Positions 1 to 12,300 of a stretch of DNA of 64,000 bases are shown here, piece by piece. This stretch comes from Balanoglossus misakiensis (taxonomy: Eukaryota; Animalia; Hemichordata). The DNA is taken from positions 2,869,434 to 2,933,433 of the forward strand of contig CM082593.2 of assembly GCA_040954595.2 (NCBI GenBank), in the 5' to 3' direction. The notes beneath the pieces are model-generated. The model saw nothing but the letters and a program-made list of their open reading frames with translations. It made no database searches and had not been told where the DNA came from. The first letter of the stretch is position 1. Each line of letters opens with the position of its first letter. A program made the position numbers and the translations under genes.

Positions 1-3000
1 CTTTGCGGAATTTCAAAATTTGGCCGATTTTTGAAAAAACCATGGGTTATAGCTCAGGAAAATCATCAAAAAATGAGAATTTTTCGACTTTGCGGAATTT
101 CAAAATTTGGTCGATTTTTGAAAAAACCATGGGTTATAGCTCAGGAAAATCATCAAAAAATGAGAATTTTTCGACTTTGCGGAATTTCAAAATTTGGCCG
201 ATTTTTGAAAAAACCATGGGTTATAGCTCAGGAAAATCATCAAAAAATGAGAATTTTTCGACTTTGCGGTATTTCAAAATTTGGCCGATTTTTGAAAAAA
301 CCATGGGTTATAGCTCAGGAAAATCATCAAAAAATGAGAATTTTTCGACTTTGCGGAATTTCAAAATTTGGCCGATTTTTGAAAAAAGCATGGGTTATAG
401 CTCAGGAAAATCATCAAAAAATGAGAATTTTTCGACTTTGCGGAATTTCAAAATTTGGCCGATTTTTGAAAAAACCATGGGTTATAGCTCAGGAAAATCA
501 TCAAAAAATGAGAATTTTTCGACTTTGCGGAATTTCAAAATTTGGCCGATTTTTGAAAAAACCATGGGTTATAGCTCAGGAAAATCATCAAAAAATGAGA
601 ATTTTTCGACTTTGCGGAATTTCAAAATTTGGCCGATTTTTGAAAAAACCATGGGTTATAGCTCAGGAAAATCATCAAAAAATGAGAATTTTTCGACTTT
701 GCGGAATTTCAAAATTTGGCCGATGTTTGAAAAAACCATGGGTTATAGCTCAGGAAAATCATCAAAAAATGAGAATTTTTCGACTTTGCGGAATTTCAAA
801 ATTTGGCCGATTTTTGAAAAAACCATGGGTTATAGCTCAGGAAAATCATCAAAAAATGAGAATTTTTCGACTTTGCGGAATTTCAAAATTTGGCCGATTT
901 TTGAAAAAACCATGGGTTATAGCTCAGGAAAATCATCAAAAAATGAGAATTTTTCGACTTTGCGGAATTTCAAAATTTGGCCGATTTTTGAAAAAACCAT
1001 GGGTTATAGCTCAGGAAAATCATCAAAAAATGAGAATTTTTCGACTTTGCGGAATTTCAAAATTTGGCCGATTTTTGAAAAAACCATGGGTTATAGCTCA
1101 GGAAAATCATCGAAAAATGAGAATTTTTCGACTTTGCGGAATTTCAAAATTTGGCCGATTTTTGAAAAAATCATGGGTTATAGCTCAGGAAAATCATCAA
1201 AAAATGAGAATTTTTCGACTTTGCGGAATTTCAAAATTTGGCCGATTTTTGAAAAAACCATGGGTTATAGCTCAGGAAAATCATCAAAAAATGAGAATTT
1301 TTCGACTTTGCGGAATTTCAAAATTTGGTCGATTTTTGAAAAAACCATGGGTTATAGCTCAGGAAAATCATCAAAAAATGAGAATTTTTCGACTTTGCGG
1401 AATTTCAAAATTTGGCCGATTTTTGAAAAAACCATGGGTTATAGCTCAGGAAAATCATCAAAAAATGAGAATTTTTCGACTTTGCGGTATTTCAAAATTT
1501 GGCCGATTTTTGAAAAAACCATGGGTTATAGCTCAGGAAAATCATCAAAAAATGAGAATTTTTCGACTTTGCGGAATTTCAAAATTTGGCCGATTTTTGA
1601 AAAAAGCATGGGTTATAGCTCAGGAAAATCATCAAAAAATGAGAATTTTTCGACTTTGCGGAATTTCAAAATTTGGTCGATTTTTGAAAAAACCATGGGT
1701 TATAGCTCAGGAAAATCATCAAAAAATGAGAATTTTTCGACTTTGCGGAATTTCAAAATTTGGCCGATTTTTGAAAAAAACATGGGTTATAGCTCAGGAA
1801 AATCATCAAAAAATGAGAATTTTTCGACTTTGCGGAATTTCAAAATTTGGCCGATTTTTGAAAAAACCATGGGTTATAGCTCAGGAAAATCATCAAAAAA
1901 TGAGAATTTTTCGACTTTGCGGAATTTCAAAATTTGGCCGATTTTTGAAAAAACCATGGGTTATAGCTCAGGAAAATCATCGAAAAATGAGAATTTTTCG
2001 ACTTTGCGGAATTTCAAAATTTGGCCGATTTTTGAAAAAACCATGGGTTACAGCTCAGGAAAATCATCAAAAAATGAGAATTTTTCGACTTTGCGGAATT
2101 TCAAAATTTGGCCGATTTTTGAAAAAACCATGGGTTATAGCTCAGGAAAATCATCAAAAAATGAGAATTTTTCGACTTTGCGGAATTTCAAAATTTGGTC
2201 GATTTTTGAAAAAACCATGGGTTATAGCTCAGGAAAATCATCAAAAAATGAGAATTTTTCGACTTTGCGGAATTTCAAAATTTGGCCGATTTTTGAAAAA
2301 ACCATGGGTTATAGCTCAGGAAAATCATCAAAAAATGAGAATTTTTCGACTTTGCGGTATTTCAAAATTTGGCCGATTTTTGAAAAAACCATGGGTTATA
2401 GCTCAGGAAAATCATCAAAAAATGAGAATTTTTCGACTTTGCGGAATTTCAAAATTTGGCCGATTTTTGAAAAAAGCATGGGTTATAGCTCAGGAAAATC
2501 ATCAAAAAATGAGAATTTTTCGACTTTGCGGAATTTCAAAATTTGGTCGATTTTTGAAAAAACCATGGGTTATAGCTCAGGAAAATCATCAAAAAATGAG
2601 AATTTTTCGACTTTGCGGAATTTCAAAATTTGGCCGATTTTTGAAAAAACCATGGGTTATAGCTCAGGAAAATCATCAAAAAATGAGAATTTTTCGACTT
2701 TGCGGTATTTCAAAATTTGGCCGTTTTTTGAAAAAACCATGGGTTATAGCTCAGGAAAATCATCAAAAAATGAGAATTTTTCGACTTTGCGGAATTTCAA
2801 AATTTGGCCGATTTTTGAAAAAACCATGGGTTATAGTTCAGGAAAATCATCAAAAAATGAGAATTTTTCGACTTTGCGGAATTTCAAAATTTGGCCGATT
2901 TTTGAAAAAACCATGGGTTATAGCTCAGGAAAATCATCAAAAAATGAGAATTTTTCGACTTTGCGGAATTTCAAAATTTGGCCGATTTTTGAAAAAACCA

Positions 3001-3196
3001 TGGGTTATAGCTCAGGAAAATCATCAAAAAATGAGAATTTTTCGACTTTGCGGAATTTCAAAATTTGGCCGATTTTTGAAAAAACCATGGGTTATAGCTC
3101 AGGAAAATCATCAAAAAATGAGAATTTTTCGACTTTGCGGAATTTCAAAATTTGGCCGATTTTTGAAAAAACCATGGGTTATAGCTCAGGAAAATC
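1..3196. repeat. 87-bp tandem satellite array, ~37 near-identical copies, running off the left edge of the window
   Basis: Unit CTTTGCGGAATTTCAAAATTTGGCCGATTTTTGAAAAAACCATGGGTTATAGCTCAGGAAAATCATCAAAAAATGAGAATTTTTCGA recurs every 87 nt with only scattered single substitutions. The array ends abruptly at ~3196. Confidence 0.98.
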
Positions 3197-3320
3197 GAAA
3201 ATATTCGTTAGCACCATGGTCAGCAAGAAGAATTGTGGAACTCTGTGTCTGTTTGAAAATAAATAAATCATCAATATGAGACGCACACAGTGATGGTAAA
3301 ACATGCTGCATAAAACAATC

Positions 3321-3326
3321 TTTATT
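3321..3326 (-). terminator. Candidate polyadenylation signal (AATAAA) of the tolloid/BMP1 transcript
   Basis: TTTATT on + at 3321-3326, ~1.15 kb downstream of the tolloid stop codon, followed on the minus strand by a GT-rich stretch (TGTGTGCGTCTC). Confidence 0.45.
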
Positions 3327-4480
3327 ACTATATCAGAAGTGGGAATGTTTATAACAATGGTTGAGAAAATTACAAAGACTTAAACAAAGAAATACAATCA
3401 CTCAATATTGCTAATTTAGACATCAACTTTAACATAGTCGATGCACATGATTGTATACAGGTCAAAGGTTATCAAATTACAATTATAGTTCTCTATACAC
3501 TAAAAATAAATTTTCAGATAAATGTAATCTGCAGTCGAAATGTTGATACCCTTTTCATGAAGCAGGTTTAGGATTTTGTAATGACCAAAAATCATGTCAT
3601 ACAGATTATGGAGTGGTGTGCAGTGTTCATCTCAGGTTTTGAGAGGATGAGTTTGAGTTTTTGGTCCTATGTGGGGAGTCGGAAAGGGGTACCTGCCTTT
3701 TCATTTTCTACACTTGCATAAATACTGTAGAAAGTTCTGCATATTAGACCAGTCCACCAAGCAGTGGACTTCATTATATCCACGGAATGTCACAAGATTG
3801 CTCAACAGACCATTTTCCAAACTCCACGAAACTTTAGATTTTGTGTGACTAGGCAAATTAGGAGGACTTTCTCATGACACAGGACAAACAACGCATTTCT
3901 CTTTCTCAACTTTCTACTTCTCTGCTTCAGTCAGTAAGTTTACGCGTTTCAAAAAAAGATTAAAATTTCTATAAAAAACACCAACACTTTCTCTCACTAA
4001 AGTCCACACTTTGCTTCAAGCATAGTCTGTAAAATTCAAACATTACCCATAAACTTGGACATTTCAGTTTAAAAATATGGTTTCAAGCATACAGTACATA
4101 TGTGATAAGAAAATTTTAAACCCAAACTTTTGAGTGTTTTTTTTTCTGACAATAAAGTGTATTATTTCTCTCACTTTCAATGTTAAAAAAGTCAAAAAAG
4201 TCAAAGTTCTAACTGTGAGATGAATCATGATGAAAACCACAAGTGCCCTAATCCCTGATTCAGGCATCAGACCGCACTCCAAAAAATAGCTTTTCTTTCC
4301 CACAACTGGATTATTAAAAACGATTTATAAAAATTTCTAATTAAATACAAAAACGTGATGTTGATTTGAGAAAGGTAGAGTTCAATTTACATGGACAAAT
4401 GTGTGAACATAACGAGTTGTAAAAAATCTTTGGTACGTACGTCTCTCTTTGGGTTTGGATGTTTGTGTATCTTCTTGGCT

Positions 4481-7400
4481 TCAAAGTGAGTGAGGACTGA
4501 CAGACCCTCGTACCCTCTGTTTGACTATCATGTACTGGGCGGAAAATCCTTTCTTATCAATGGAATCGTCTGAGGAAAACTTGATGTGGAGGTATCGTCC
4601 TGTCGATACAATGTCATCTGGAATCTGTGTTGGGAATGGAAACAAAAAAAGAGGATAATTTTCAATATTGTAGAAATGATAGTACATGTATATCTCACTT
4701 TTGACCCTTTCATCCCCTGCTCGGTCTATAGAAGTTCAACTTTACCATAGAAAACAATGGATTTGGACTAAACCATGATGGTGAAAGGGTTAACAACTAC
4801 ATGTAAAATCACCCACTCAGAATTACTTATACTGCTGACTATAAACAAGCTTCTTCTCACCTTGTGTCCGCAATATTTTCCAATTTTGCTGCTGGAGTAA
4901 TCAGCACCGTCAAAGATTTCCACAAAGTCGTAAGCGCACTCTGGTTCGTGTTCAACTTCAAACGACCGGAACATCAACTTGATGGCATAGTCCTCCGGTG
5001 CCTGAATGGTCCAATCACAATCCTCCTAGAGATTATGGAATCACAGAGACACAGTAAGAGCATGAAAACAAACAGTGGTCTGCCTGAAATGGCTTCTTCT
5101 GAGACGTTGGAAATCACCAAGAGTTGATAAGAACTGTTCTTGCCCTCCCATGCTATGGTTTCTACTATGGTAGAAATATCTGAATGGCTCTGCTAAAAAA
5201 TATCAAGCATGGTGACCATTGTAGGATGACGTACCTGATGATTGTAATTTGTATCTCCGAAGAGAGCATGTGAATACAGTGGCTGTGGATCTTCTCCGCC
5301 CAGTAATACCCCTCCACACACTGCAAAGATAATGGATAGAATGATAGCCACTATGCATACACAGAAAATCACAAGTGGACAGAGTGTTGTGTGTGTACAT
5401 GTGTACCTACATGTAGTCTGAATACAGTGTTTTGTTAAGGGCCAGTACTCAGTTGCCAATAAACCCATCGCTATGGTAATTTACTAAGTCTCGCGAGATC
5501 TCGCAATGAGAGGAATTAAATCTTCTATTTGAAATACCTGTGCTGTGAGACGCTCGGAAACCCTTCCTAGAGACTGAGGCATCTGAGTAGAGTGTGACGA
5601 ACATCTCGTTTCCACTGGCAGTCACGGTGTCAGGGATTCTGTTGCCGCAGAAACGACCCAGGATGGAGTCGTGGTCTGAACCTCCATCGTATATCATGAC
5701 GTGGTCGTACGCACATTCCTGGTGGGTCTCCAAATCAAACTCTTCAAATTCCTGCATGATAATAAGAATCAAGAGTGGATTGCAAAACAGATACAAAAAA
5801 CAATGGTTTGGACTGAACCATGGCGGTGAAAGGGTTAAATCAACAGCTATGACAATACTCACCAAGAAAACTCTGTGACCAGGCACAGCAATGATTTGAT
5901 AGGTACACTCTTTTCTCTTGGGGTAGTTGTCTGGCCAATTTGGACTGGTGATTTCACCTTTGGCAGCTCTGATGACGTGTGTACATCCCGCTGAGAAAAC
6001 AAAACACGTTTTTGAACCTTTACTGTTGACGGACAGACAGATAGATACACAGACAGACAGACAGACAGACAGACAGAATGAAATTGGAATAGACAGACTC
6101 AAGTTGCAAAAAGACTATTTTCCATTTCCTATGGACAGGAAAATTATTCTATTGCTCATTCTATTCTGTGATTGGCTATATTTCAATTTTCCATGGTAAC
6201 TGAACAGTAAAATGAGAACAACATGTCAATACGGTTACTCACATTCTTTGCAGTTGTGTCCATTTTCATGCAACATGAAACCGTTCCTGCAGGAGCAATT
6301 GTAGCTGCCGATCGTGTTGGTACAGATGTGTTCGCAGCCGCCATTGTTGTTTTCGCATTCGTCGATATCTGTATGAAAGGGATATAATGATGATAATGAG
6401 TTCTTAATATATAGAACACATATCGACAGGACCAAATACTACCGAGTATGAGCCAAGTTTCATGCCAGCCCTGCACAAAATGCATGTCCATCACTACAGT
6501 AGCATACAAACCGTAGAGAGAACTCTCAACTCACCCATGAAGAAATTTGCAAAGAACCCAGTTTTGGAGACGGTGTTGTCTGACTTGAACTCCACTCTCA
6601 TACTGTTGTGTCGCGATGTGATGGTTTCCGGCAACTGATCCCCACAGAATTTACCGTGCAATGTGGCGTCAGCGGTCAACCCACTTCTGACATCAACATA
6701 GTCATATTTACATACCTACAACAAACAATACACCTCTGATGAAGCTTTGACTGTAAAAGAAAAGACGTTTGGAAAATATACTGCTCCAAATATTTAATGA
6801 TGTTTGGCTGGTGAAGACACTCTTTAGTTGTTGGTCAGCTGCAGCGGCAAACCTTGTAAAATGATGATGGTAATAACAACAACAACAACAACAACAACAA
6901 CAAGAACAATACTACTACTACTAAAACGCACAGAGATATTTACATGTATTGACCTTTAACCTATTGCACCATCATGACCTTTAACCCTTACACACCATAT
7001 CACATAGTAGTACACCCCAATGCAAGCCCTAATATCACCAAATTCATTTGTTATAACGTTTGATCCCAACGTTGCGAGTGAGAGTCTATTTTACACAATT
7101 AGTGAGACAAGATGAACTAATGAAAGAGATCGTACATGGAAATAAATAACTTGACTCAATATATTGAGTTGATACACAATTTTTAGGCGACAACAAAGAG
7201 GTATAATTATGAAGGTTTCACAGAGTTATCAAAGACACGATAATAGTCCCAGAGGAAGTTTGACTTAATCACAAAAATCATTTCACTGTTACTAGAAGTA
7301 AAAGAAGTAACTATTTCTCCCGAACACTTTTTTATTTTGAACATCAAGTGACAAGTATATGACAATTATCCAGCCTTAATTTCCACAGTTGCAGTTCTTT

Positions 7401-9230
7401 ACTATTCAGACTCACTTCTTGGGCAGAAGCCCGGTACAATGTGTTACGAGACCACAGCAAAATTATCTCTTTCTGTCAAAAACCAGTAAAAAAGAATATC
7501 TAAGCACTTGTTGCCAGGACTGGAAAACATAATGAAATATTTTTCAGTCAGTTTGTTGTAAAGACCTAGTTGCTGTATTTTTGACAATTTTTTTGAGTAG
7601 TATTTTTATTAACTGTACATAAAATAATGCAAAAATTGTCTGACATGTTGAATACATTTACTTCTGCATGTCATGATGATATTTGTGTCAAAGCTCAATC
7701 ATTTTGTGCACCACAGTATACCGGTAAAAGAAGACACACAAGAGTACAAAAAAATTGCCCAAAAATGCAGCTCCAAGCTCTTTAAACCATGAAACCTAAA
7801 CATACAACAGTCAGAGGGTCTCTATCACATCAAAGTGATCCTGGGGGTTGTTTGGAGTTGTCAAGGTATACAGACTTACTAGTAAGTGGTATGAATGCAA
7901 GCAAGTGTTACCATGACAACTCCAAACATTGGTAACATTTACACACTGATTTGAGAGAATTACTTGTATCATTTTTAAAGTTATTACCTCAACATACAGG
8001 GGACCTGAAATCTACCCAGATAGTCAGACAGACAGACAGACAGACAGACAGAAAAAAGAAATGTAGAGAGAATATTGTTTATTCATACAAGGCATGTACG
8101 AAGATAGGTAAGATAGGACTAAACATTTTTGTGTCTTTTAGTTGATTGGCCAATATACCAGTACTTCCCAGGGTCATCTTTTATCATACTTATGTTATAT
8201 ATCAGGCAACATGTAAATTTCAACAAAACTTGTGCTTTAACTTAATTAAGTGAAATAAAATGAAGAAGATATTAACTCTTAATAACTACATTTAACTATT
8301 ATTAACCATTATCAAACTCTGGTTGTAATGGCTGTACTTACATCATTTCCCTCCAGATCAAACACGTGAAACTGTAACGAGATTCTGTACTGTGGGGGAG
8401 CCACTATCTGCCACACACAGTTTTTGTTCTTGGGATATTCCAGAGGATAGGAGGGACTTGTCAGGTTGCCTCTCAGCTGAGTTATGAACCCACCACAGGC
8501 AGCTGTAACCACACCCACAATACAGGTGAAATGAAAGTATGGGAAATAATGACACTGATGAATGAATTGCCATAATGTTTGTAAGTGAAAAGTAGACTCA
8601 GGTACAGTACATGTAACCTCTGGCATGTGTGCTGAAACTGTTGCAAGGAACCCTTCAATACAGCCTGACACATTCATGCTTGTTAAAATTTACCTTCACA
8701 TTTTTTGGCATCGACTGAAAGTTCATATCCAGGCTCACACTCGCAGTGGTAGCTACCGATTGTGTTCTTACAGATCTGCTCGCAGCCACCATTGTCTCGT
8801 TTGCATTCGTCCATTTCTGTAAAGACAAAACAAAATATCATGACTTGCTGAGATAAGGTTGAACATATTGCATGATTTGAATTCTGATTTACCTTAGCCT
8901 AATATGCTTATGGTGACACCCAAATCCAATTTGTAAAATGGTAAACCTGAAGAATAAGTTAAAAGCGATTTACCTTTGAAGAACTGCGCTGAAAAACCAC
9001 CTTTATTGACTGAGCCATCTGACACAAATTTGACAGTCATCTTGTTGTTGGTCGATTGAATATCACTGGGGATGTTGTAGCCACAGTAACGGCCAATGAG
9101 TTTAGAATTCTCCTCATGTCCATCTCGCACCTCCAGGTAGTCATAGATACAGCTGTCATGGCGTTCAATCTATCAAGAAAATAATTTGTATATTTTTTGT
9201 ACAATTAGCATGATAAAAAAATTTGGCATT

Positions 9231-9261
<31 letters not shown>

Positions 9262-9272
9262 CAGAAAGGAAG

Positions 9273-9303
<31 letters not shown>

Positions 9304-12300
9304 CCGACAGACAGACTCATTACCTCAAATGACTGGAAGGATATTCCGACACTGTAATGTTCCGGCATTGTAATTTTCCAGATGCATTCCTTGTTTGGCT
9401 GATAATCATCTGGGAAATTTGGACTCTGCAGTTGGCCTGACTCCTTGGTAATTTCCCCACCACATATAGCTATATGGAAATATCAGAAATAAAATTCTTC
9501 CATAAATATTCATGTTGAATCACCATACAGTCAGTAGAAGATTTACTGTACCAAATTCTGGACTGTAGCATCACCACATACATACATACAAGTATGATGT
9601 TATATCTTACCTTCATATTGGGCAGCAAAGCCTTTGCTGTCATAATGGTCTGAACTCTTAAACTCAATCCAGAGTCGGCTGTCAGTCGATCGAATAGTTG
9701 GTGGGATATCTCGACCACAGTAGCGACCTTTGCAATAAAAACACAGAAGAGACTATTATACAACAAGAAGGGTTACTGTCCTTCAATTTCAGAGGAGCAT
9801 CATGCATGGTCAGGCCATATCATTGATCACAGTTGGTTCAACCAAACTTATACATGTACCACACATGCAGCCTTTATCATTGTAAGTCCAGAGAATGCAT
9901 CTACAGTATTACAAAATGAACTCTCAAGTCGAAAGCGTATCCAGTTTTTACCAATGCGGTTTGATCTTTTCCAGTGGCCATCCCGAACTTCAACATAATC
10001 ATACCAGCAATCGCGACTTGGGTAGATGTCGAACGCCGTGAAATTCAGCACGATTATCTCTCCCGGTGTGACGGATATTCTCCACTCGCACACCACGCCT
10101 CTTTTGTAAGTGTCTGGGAATCCCGGTGATGAGAAGTTCCCTGAAGTTTCCAGCAGTGTCCTGCCACAGACTGTGAATAAAAGGAGGCAGAAACACATCT
10201 ATAAGTGAATTCTAAAATGAAAATGACTCAGACAGTGTACCTTTAATAACAGACACTTACCTGGACATTTGTAAAGTTTGTTGGCCTGCCTGATATCTCC
10301 ATCACTGAGTTTCTTTCTCTGGCCAATATCTGGTCTGATCATCGTTTCTGAATCTCTCTTGGGCAGAATAGTGTCCAGCCACATTCCCCTGGAGAATGTG
10401 TTGCGCCCATAGTGCATGATGCTGTTGTAGTCATAGGATTCCCCGAGGGAGTTGATTTCATTGGCATCCAACTTGCGGAAGTTGTACTCTTGTCCTGATG
10501 GATATATGAAACACAGTCAGAATGGTTGAGGTGGTGATGATGGAAATATTAACACACATCTCCATCAGTCCCCATGTGGATGTTCATCTTGTGGTGGAAA
10601 ACTGATATATAATTATACACTCATTAGATGATTTTCCAGAGCTCCCCCCCCCCCCCTTCACTGCGAGATCTCGTGAGACTTGGTTAATTCTGTAGTACAC
10701 AGTCATAAGCTTGGACTTACCTGGTTGTATGTTCTGTGTCTGAATGATGACGTGTTCATCTCTGTCCGGTCTGGTGTGTTCGTGCCAGAAACCAACTGCA
10801 TGGCCAAGTTCGTGGACAACAACGCCGAATTTATCACAACTTTTGCCGATGGAGATGGACTGGGCACCGTTACCTTTAAAACCAACAAACGAACAACATC
10901 TGGAGAAACAAAGGTGCACGCGTTTTACAATCTTGCCACTAGGAGGCGCTCTTCATGGTGCTTCAGTCGATATTGGCCACACACAACCAGGCATTCACTC
11001 TTTCATTCATATGTTTGGTTCTTGAGGACTGTTTCCTATCAAAAGGTCAACCCCCATCCTTCAACTTTTCAGCATAGCGCATCACCGGCCCTCCTTTCCT
11101 CTTAAAATTCCATTTTATTGTGTTGTTTTCATGAAAAACCCCATGTGTTCTGAGGCGACCAGTTGTTACTTATAGATGCGTTCAGTTGTTATTTATATGG
11201 AATCTTTTTGGACTTGACGCACACAACATATTATCAACATATTTGTAATTGAAAACACTTGGGCTGGAATGTTTTGGAGATATGGATAATACAAGCTATG
11301 CTTTCCTGGTCAGGATCTCGACTGGACTATTAAACACATGAGTAAACATAATAGGCGTATTTGTACTCACCCGCAGGCCTGGTACGTGAATATGATGTAA
11401 TGGGGATGCTGCGCTGGATCTCGTTCCACAAATGTGATGCAAGTGTAATTCTCCCAGTGCCTCATAGCCTGCTTGAACATCGCCCTCTGTGACCCTAGAT
11501 TATTGGAAACACATTGTGAACCCAACTTTCGTCAGAGCACGTTGTACCCCTTTACGGAAAGGACACGCACCCCCCGTTATGAGCACTCAGCGTCGATGGT
11601 AATAATACACGGTCATCTGTCCCAAATGAAGTCGGCGAAAGTGACTAATATTTCAATTTACACAAATGAGTTTAAAAGCAATCATACCTGTAAAGTTGCC
11701 ATCAATTTCGTATGGAATAACAGCGTGTTCCCATTTTCGCTCTAACCTCGCAGTCACCGCTCGGACTGACCTGTGATGAGCTTCTTCATGATGGTGCCTT
11801 CCTCCTGGAGAAAATATAAGATAATAATATTCCCATCTATGCACGAGAATAATACAGCAAAAATCATCTTGCCTAGCTTCCCATAGCAGTTACTTATAAC
11901 ACTTTCAACCAATTACGCGTATAATTGTACACAGTGCTACACTAAAGACGTCGAGAAAAGAGTAATCTACAGCTTACCCCTTCGTGGGTGACGATGTCTG
12001 TGTTGACGACTTACTTCCTGTTCCAAAATTCTCTTTTCTTCTTCGTAGTAGTTCAAGAATAGGTTAAACTCCTCTTCTGACAATGCAATGTCTCCAATGC
12101 GACCTGCAATATAAGACACAGTACAAATCACTAGACCAGTTATAACCGGCGGCTGACGGACTCCCATGGCACCACACAAACGGGAAGATATGAACGCCAA
12201 GTTCTAAGTTTACTATAATGGTTAATGAGGCTTTGCAAAACAAACGAAATAGCAAGGCACCGTATCGACATTCATATCAACACTTATTCATAAAACGCTC

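Noticed and set aside
1-3196. CRISPR-like array of palindromic repeats
   Set aside because: There are no unique spacers, the whole unit repeats, the context is eukaryotic, and no cas genes are present.
3-3279. Two >1080-aa ORFs made of 29-aa repeats
   Set aside because: Artefact of an 87-bp monomer (a multiple of 3) with no stop codon in two frames. They overlap each other and show no domain or gene structure.
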